Of a stretch of 37,688 nt of DNA, positions 32,538-37,688 are shown piece after piece. The translations under genes and the position numbers were made by a program. The notes beneath the pieces are model-generated. The model ran no database searches, was not told the DNA's origin, and saw nothing but the letters and a program-made list of their open reading frames with translations. Origin of the DNA: Verrucomicrobiota bacterium (lineage in GTDB: Bacteria > Verrucomicrobiota > Verrucomicrobiia > Limisphaerales > AV2); assembly GCA_003219345.1 (NCBI GenBank), contig QHOP01000093.1, positions 1 to 37,688 on the forward strand. Direction: 5' to 3'. Each line of letters opens with the position of its first letter. The first letter of the stretch is position 1.

Positions 32538-34754
32538 TCACCGCGCTCCCACCGCACGGTAAAAGCGGTTTTCGCCCGGTCTGGCTGCGCCTGCGGAAGC
32601 GCTCGCGCGCGCCACACCGCAGACCGGGTCGTAACTGCGGCTCTCAATCAGTCCGGCTGCTCCAATAATATCAGCGGCTTCGCTCTGGACATGCACGGCC
32701 GCTTTGTCGCGAAAATAAGCTTTGCCGGCCTCGTCGGCCAACGTCGTCGCCAGCGGCGCCCAATCGATCAGGTCGTAAGAGACTTCGACGGTGTAGCGAC
32801 GCAGCGGCTGGCCGGCGATGGCCAGTTCATATTCGCCGGCGGCAAGGAAATGATAGCTTAGAGTGGGACGCTCGCCCGCTCCGCCAACTTCTTTGGGAGA
32901 GCTGACCGCGGGCGTGGAAACTTGCAGCAGCAGGCTCGTCGCCAGGTTCCAGTTGAGCGTCGTGTCGCCGGAAGCGCCGTTGTAGCCATCGATCGCGACG
33001 TGATATTGGGTGGTTGCCACTGCAGGGAAGGTTACGCGACTTTGGAGAACGTTATCGGCGATGTTGTCGTTGCTGGCCACCGGCGTCAGGCGGTTGACTG
33101 AATTGCCGATGTAAACGGCCAGCAGTGTGTTGAATGTGCTGCCAATCGTGTCAAAGGTCACGTAACCGGTCTCCGGTGCCGTCCAGCAATACCAGATTGA
33201 ACTCCCACCCGCGTTGTCGGCGTGATTCGGCTCGCCGCTTTCCTTGGAAGCGGAGACGTTGCTGCCTGTGACCGAGCCGTTGGCGCCGCCGATAAACTCG
33301 CAATTGGCGAAATCGTCGTTGACCGGGCTTTGGTCCAGCGTGAGGACGATGTTACCAGTGACACCGCTCTTGCCGTCCACGGCGATGCGGTAAGTTGCGC
33401 CGGCGACGGGAGTAAAGGCCGCCCGGCTTTGCTTGGTTGTCGAAGAGAGGTCGTCATTGCTCGCGACGGTCGTCAGGGCACTGACACTGCTGCCGGTATA
33501 GACTGCCAGCAGCGTGTCAAAACTGCTCCCCACCGTATCGACCGTCACGGTCCTGCTGCTGGGCGCGGTCCAGACGTACCAAACCGAATGCCCACCCGGG
33601 TTGCCAGCGTGGTTCGGCTCGCCAGCTTCCCTGGTGGCGCCGACGCTTGTGCCGCTCACACTGGCTGAACTGCCGGACAGGCCTTGAGCATCGGCGAAGT
33701 TATCATTGGCGGGCCGTGTGTTGCCGATGGTGATCTGGATGCGCGTGATGTTGTTGTCGTAATTGGACTCCGGCAATCTGTGTTCGGGATTGACTTCCAT
33801 TTCGAGCGTATAGTTGCCGTCAGGGACGCCGGTAATGTCAATCCATTGGCCGTCCAGTGTGGAATCGTAAACATCCCCCCAGCCCTGTTGGATGCCTTGA
33901 TTGCCGCAGTCGTATTTGGCTCTGGAGGGGGCGTTGGCGTCCCAGCGGATGGAGTCCAGCAGACAAAAGCCGATCTTCAGTCCGGCGGCCACCTGCTGCC
34001 CGTTGCTGTTGAGCAGCCGGTAGTTGGCGTAGTTGTTGAAGTGGTAATGACCGTGACAAGGCGCCCACACGAACTGTGGATTCGTGGCCGGGTTCCCCAG
34101 GGAGATGTCCGCCGTCCCCTGATTGCGCGTCTCGGTTGAGAAGCGAAGGAGTTTGCGTGTGCCGGCTTGCACCAGCCCTTCGACGACCGCACAACTGCTG
34201 GAAGAAAAGGTGACGGTTGTGATGCGTGGACTGATTGATGGTCCCCAGATCATCAAGTCCGGCAGGTCCTGGACCGTCTGGACCCAATTCAACGTGATCG
34301 TTCCTGTGGCGCCGTTCCAACCGTCCACAGCGATTTGATAGGTGGCGCCCGCCACGGGTGTGAAGCTCACGCGGCTGGGTTGGTTGGGGCCGTCGATGTC
34401 GTCGTTGCTGGCGATGGTTGTGAGGGTGCTCACACTGCTGCCGGTGTAAACGCCCAGCAAGGTGTCGAAACTGCTGCCAATCGTGTCGATTGTCACCGGC
34501 GTGTTCGCTGGCGCGGTCCAGCGATACCAAACCGAATGTCCGCCCGGATCCCCGGCGTGGTTGGGTTCACCGGATTCCTTGGTCGCATTGACATTGCTGC
34601 CGGAGACGCTGCCCGTGCTGCCGCTGAGCGATTGGCCATTGGCGAAAGCGTCATTCGGCGGCGGCGCGGGGTTCGTCGCGGATACCAGTAGAAGTGCAGG
34701 GATGAGGACGGGCAGATACTGCCATACGGCATAGCTCGTGCGTTTGTGCTTCAT
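32538..34754 (-). CDS. Secreted lysyl-oxidase-like copper amine oxidase flanked by three pre-peptidase-C-terminal-like repeat domains
   Basis: Signal peptide. LOX catalytic domain aa ~163-343 (nt 33726-34268): RKLLRFSTETRNQGTADI, WAPCHGHYHF (Cu His triad, nt 34041-34055), AAGLKIGFCLLDS (LTQ Lys position), QGWGDVYDSTLDGQWIDITGVPDGNYTLEMEVNPEHRLPESNYDNN. A ~120-aa repeat (NDxFAN...ESGEPNHAG.PGGHSVWY.WTAP...VT.DT.GSSFDTLL.VYTGSSVS.LT..ASNDD...) occurs three times. Confidence 0.85.
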   Translation of the reverse strand: MKHKRTSYAVWQYLPVLIPALLLVSATNPAPPPNDAFANGQSLSGSTGSVSGSNVNATKESGEPNHAGDPGGHSVWYRWTAPANTPVTIDTIGSSFDTLLGVYTGSSVSTLTTIASNDDIDGPNQPSRVSFTPVAGATYQIAVDGWNGATGTITLNWVQTVQDLPDLMIWGPSISPRITTVTFSSSSCAVVEGLVQAGTRKLLRFSTETRNQGTADISLGNPATNPQFVWAPCHGHYHFNNYANYRLLNSNGQQVAAGLKIGFCLLDSIRWDANAPSRAKYDCGNQGIQQGWGDVYDSTLDGQWIDITGVPDGNYTLEMEVNPEHRLPESNYDNNITRIQITIGNTRPANDNFADAQGLSGSSASVSGTSVGATREAGEPNHAGNPGGHSVWYVWTAPSSRTVTVDTVGSSFDTLLAVYTGSSVSALTTVASNDDLSSTTKQSRAAFTPVAGATYRIAVDGKSGVTGNIVLTLDQSPVNDDFANCEFIGGANGSVTGSNVSASKESGEPNHADNAGGSSIWYCWTAPETGYVTFDTIGSTFNTLLAVYIGNSVNRLTPVASNDNIADNVLQSRVTFPAVATTQYHVAIDGYNGASGDTTLNWNLATSLLLQVSTPAVSSPKEVGGAGERPTLSYHFLAAGEYELAIAGQPLRRYTVEVSYDLIDWAPLATTLADEAGKAYFRDKAAVHVQSEAADIIGAAGLIESRSYDPVCGVARASASAGAARPGENRFYRAVGAR

Positions 34755-35124
34755 AAATACTTATTCAATACTGGCTCAGCTCAGCCTCTCCTTCTTCCCT
34801 GAAGGTTCCTCTTCCTGGCAAACGTTCTGGTTTGTCGAGTTGTCATTCTGATACGGCCGCCACGACTGCGACTCACAAACCATAGCAGTGCTCCGCGTGC
34901 TGCATCCAGTTGGGTGAGAACCTGAAATGCGTCGCAAATTGACCTTAGAAGGGGCAGGTAAACACCGGAGAAAGACCTACTGTGATCACCCCGACTAACG
35001 CGATCGTGCGGATTGAGAACGCAAAGACCGGGAGCGCGGCTCAAAGTGAAGGGCACTTTCCTCGTTCATCTCGCTGGTCAGCATCCGTGAAAATAAAACT
35101 TGCGGGGGCTCGGGCGGTCTGGTT

Positions 35125-35463
35125 GTGTTTGCAAAGAGATTGCAACTGGAACGAAAATCCTTCGCCTGCGTTGCAAAATCAGCGCTGGCTGGTTTGCTGG
35201 CCCTCCTGTTGCTGTCGTCCTCCGTGCTGGCCGTCAGCTCGGCCCACCGCCAATCCCATCACTCGGATCGCGCGAAACCGGGCGACCAATGTGTGTTCTG
35301 CCTCTTCGCGCACGGCCAGGTCATCGCGGCTGAAGCCCAGCCGGCATTGTCGCGAATCGCCGCCTTGTTTGGCGGTTGTCAGTTGCCAGCCGACCAGACC
35401 CCGGTTCTCACATCCGATTACCGGCTTTCACCCAGCCGCGCCCCGCCTGTCAGCTTCTCCTGA
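35125..35463 (+). CDS. Small membrane-anchored His/Cys protein (DUF2946-like flavour)
   Basis: GTG start, anchor ALAGLLALLLLSSSVLAV, then HRQSHHSDRAKPGDQCVFCLFAHGQV. First gene of the divergent porin/ZnuA-like unit. Confidence 0.5.
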   Translation: MFAKRLQLERKSFACVAKSALAGLLALLLLSSSVLAVSSAHRQSHHSDRAKPGDQCVFCLFAHGQVIAAEAQPALSRIAALFGGCQLPADQTPVLTSDYRLSPSRAPPVSFS

Positions 35464-35540
35464 ACGTAGTCGGTTCGTCCTTTCGTTTGTCGTGAACCTT
35501 TGCGCGAACGCCGGTCGTTTGCGCCCAACCCGGAGAAGCT

Positions 35541-36974
35541 ATGAAATTGGGAAAAGTTTTGGGATTGTCCGCTGCGCTTTGCCTCGGGGTGTTGCCGCTG
35601 GCGGCCCAGGAGACGAACAACGTGGAGCAGTTGAAAAAGCAGTTGCAGGAATTGCAGCAGAAGTTTCAGAAGCAACAGGAGGAGCAGCGCCAGCAAATCG
35701 AGGCGTTGCAAAAACAGCTTGAAGCGCTGCTGCAGCAGCACAAGCCGGAGCAAGCGGCGGCAACGAATCAATCGAGCGCCACCGACCCCACGGCCGCCGT
35801 CCCGTCCCTAGGTCCCCCAGCGGAACAGCCGTGGTCGCCGTCGCAACCGATCTCGCTCGGACGTGCCGGGTCGGCCTATATGAACGTCAGCTTTGATGCG
35901 TTGATGGACTTCGGCGGATCTACGGCCAGTGATCCGTCGGCCCGGCTTCAGCTCGGCGATCACGACCCGATCCAACGCGGTTTTTCGCTGCGCAATGCCG
36001 AGATTGCGCTCGATGGCGCGGTGGACCCGTATCTCAAAGGGTTCGCCAACATCGTGTTCAAACTGGAAAAGGACCAGAGCACCACAGTCGAACTCGAAGA
36101 GACGTATTTGCAGTCCGTGACGCTGCCAGCCAACCTGCAAGTCAAAGCCGGTCAGTTTTTCGCCAATTTCGGGCGCCAAAACCCGCAACACCCGCACACA
36201 TGGGCGTTCGTGGATGAACCGCTGGTTCTGAGCCGCGCGTTCGGCCCGGATGGGTTGCGCAACATCGGTGGCCAGTTATCGTGGCTGCTGCCGACGCCGT
36301 TTTATACCGAAGGGTTCCTCGGCGTGTTTAACGGTCAAGGTGGGACTGCGTTCAGTTTTCGCAATCCGGAGCAGGAGGGAAACCACGGTCGAACTCCGAT
36401 TGACCGTGGTCTTCGCGGCCCGGGCGATTTGCTTTACGCGCCGCGGATCACATCGTCCTTCGATTTGACGGACCAGCAAACGCTGGTCGTCGGCGCTTCA
36501 GCGGCGTTCGGACCGAACGACAGCGGCCCGCACAGTCGCACCGAGGTCTATGGTGTCGATGGCTACTGGAAATGGAAGTCCGCTCATGCCAATCAAGGAT
36601 TCCCGTTTGTCTCCTGGCAAACCGAGGCCCTTTACCAGCGGTTCGGCGCGGGTGAAGACGTGTCCGCCGGGCTCTCCGCCGAGAACCTCCGCGACTGGGG
36701 GTTTTACTCTCAATTGTTGTGGGGCATCAAGCCGCGTTGGGTGGCCGGTCTGCGCGGCGAGTTCGTCACCGGCAACGACGGCGCGTTCGACGCGAGCGAC
36801 ATTTTCCGCGGTGACCGCACGCGCGTTTCCCCGAATCTCACCTGGTATCCGAGCGAGTTTTCAAAGATCCGGCTCCAATACAATTACGATCACGGCCAGT
36901 TGTTCGGAGACGACCACTCCGTTTGGATGCAGGTGGAATTTCTCCTCGGCTCGCATGCCGCGCACAAGTTTTAA
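35541..36974 (+). CDS. Outer-membrane porin with an N-terminal Gln/Glu-rich coiled coil (OprO/P-like architecture)
   Basis: GGAGAAG Shine-Dalgarno. Signal peptide MKLGKVLGLSAALCLGVLPLAAQ. Coiled coil VEQLKKQLQELQQKFQKQQEEQRQQIEALQKQLEALLQQ. Beta-rich body and C-terminal ...VWMQVEFLLGSHAAHKF. Confidence 0.7.
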   Translation: MKLGKVLGLSAALCLGVLPLAAQETNNVEQLKKQLQELQQKFQKQQEEQRQQIEALQKQLEALLQQHKPEQAAATNQSSATDPTAAVPSLGPPAEQPWSPSQPISLGRAGSAYMNVSFDALMDFGGSTASDPSARLQLGDHDPIQRGFSLRNAEIALDGAVDPYLKGFANIVFKLEKDQSTTVELEETYLQSVTLPANLQVKAGQFFANFGRQNPQHPHTWAFVDEPLVLSRAFGPDGLRNIGGQLSWLLPTPFYTEGFLGVFNGQGGTAFSFRNPEQEGNHGRTPIDRGLRGPGDLLYAPRITSSFDLTDQQTLVVGASAAFGPNDSGPHSRTEVYGVDGYWKWKSAHANQGFPFVSWQTEALYQRFGAGEDVSAGLSAENLRDWGFYSQLLWGIKPRWVAGLRGEFVTGNDGAFDASDIFRGDRTRVSPNLTWYPSEFSKIRLQYNYDHGQLFGDDHSVWMQVEFLLGSHAAHKF

Positions 36975-36991
36975 GTCTCGTTGAATCATCG

Positions 36992-37688
36992 ATGCGAAAG
37001 ACAGTCAAACCCAACACGCTTATGAATAAAGTTTTCCCCCTTCTCGTGCTGTGCGCGCTCGCTATTGTGGCCCCTGCCGCTCAGGCGAAGCTCGATGTCG
37101 TCGCCACCACGCCGGACTTTGGTTTGATCGCGACGGAAATCGGCGGCAATCGCGCCTCGATAACGACTTTGGCCAAGCCGACGGAGGACCCGCACTTCGT
37201 CGATGCCAAGCCGAGTTTCATTGTGAAACTGAATCGCGCCGACGCGGTGGTCGAGGGCGGGGCGGAGCTGGAAATCGGCTGGCTGCCCGCGCTGCTGGAC
37301 CAGTCCCGCAACTCGAAGTTGGCGCTCGGAGCGCCGGGCCGGATTTATTGCTCGCAAGGGATTTCGTTGGTGGAAATTCCCGCGACACTCGACCGCTCGC
37401 GCGGTGACATCCACGCGGCGGGGAATCCGCATTACATGACGGACCCCGTCAACGCGAAGATCGTGGCGGAACACATCGCCAACGCGTTCTGCCAGTTGGA
37501 TGCCAAATCCTGCGACACGTATCGCGCCAACTTGAAAAAGTTTACGGATGAATTGGACAAAAAGACGGTCGAGTGGGCGAAACGGCTGGCGCCGTTCGAA
37601 GGCCAGCGGGTCGTTGCTTATCACAACACCTGGCCTTACTTCGCGCGTCGGTTCGGATTAAGCATCGACCTGTTTCTCGAACCGAAGC
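36992..37688 (+). CDS. Metal ABC transporter substrate-binding protein (ZnuA/TroA family), 3'-truncated by the window end
   Basis: Manual translation: (MRKTVKPNTL)MNKVFPLLVLCALAIVAPAAQAKLDVVATTPDFGLIATEIGGNRASITTLAKPTEDPHFVDAKPS...GDIHAAGNPHYMTDP...VVAYHNTWPYFARRFGL. Alternative ATG at 37022. It is open-ended, so it is absent from the ORF track. Confidence 0.8.
   Translation, partial: MRKTVKPNTLMNKVFPLLVLCALAIVAPAAQAKLDVVATTPDFGLIATEIGGNRASITTLAKPTEDPHFVDAKPSFIVKLNRADAVVEGGAELEIGWLPALLDQSRNSKLALGAPGRIYCSQGISLVEIPATLDRSRGDIHAAGNPHYMTDPVNAKIVAEHIANAFCQLDAKSCDTYRANLKKFTDELDKKTVEWAKRLAPFEGQRVVAYHNTWPYFARRFGLSIDLFLEPK

Noticed and set aside
32433-32647. Upstream part of ORF 32054..32647
   Set aside because: It overlaps the 3' end of the LOX-like gene and is Arg/Ala-rich with no hydrophobic or motif content. 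The gene is trimmed to the GTG at 32432, though that start remains uncertain.
34781-35056. 91-aa minus-strand ORF in the divergent intergenic region
   Set aside because: It is Arg-rich with no motif, signal or ribosome-binding site. The region is more likely divergent promoter DNA.
35418-35771. 117-aa Leu-rich minus-strand ORF
   Set aside because: It is the antisense reading of the CAG/GAG-rich coiled-coil region of the porin gene, which is pure low complexity.
1-37688. Search for CRISPR arrays, tRNA/rRNA genes, IS elements or integrases
   Set aside because: No regularly spaced short repeats, no cloverleaf-compatible intergenic segments and no transposase- or integrase-like ORFs were seen. 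The insertions observed (TA cassette, Uma2 gene) are flanked by duplicated host sequence rather than by IS-type terminal inverted repeats.

Overview
GC-rich (~60%) chromosomal window. The protein styles suggest a PVC-group, Verrucomicrobiota-like bacterium, but that is inference only. No rRNA, tRNA, CRISPR array or transposase was seen. Housekeeping genes are purD, a single-ORF ywlE-rpiB-glyA fusion, rho, ccsB/ccsA, secA and a PiT phosphate transporter. They are interleaved with three accessory blocks. (1) 4.4-13.4 kb, minus strand: four paralogous ECF sigma factors, each with a long C-terminal extension. Three are followed by a start/stop-overlapping gene that is a free-standing paralog of such an extension (membrane anchor, coiled coil, globular domain). 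One partner is frameshifted. One sigma has lost its anchor segment. A ParE/RelE toxin-antitoxin cassette sits between direct repeats that duplicate one sigma gene's promoter and 5' end. This is the best candidate for an undescribed regulatory system. (2) Small insertions: a VapBC pair upstream of purD, and a Uma2-family nuclease between two copies of a promoter-like 38-bp repeat upstream of secA. (3) 28.6-37.7 kb: a metal-handling block centred on a secreted protein with a eukaryote-type lysyl-oxidase (LOX) copper amine oxidase domain. It is co-oriented with a CxxC membrane protein, an outer-membrane barrel, a heavy-metal-binding-domain protein and a polytopic membrane protein. A small Cys/His protein, a porin and a ZnuA/TroA-type binding protein lie divergent to it. 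Other anomalies: secA lacks about 22 codons after Walker A and is frameshifted, and an S41 peptidase homolog next to the sigma array has both catalytic residues replaced.
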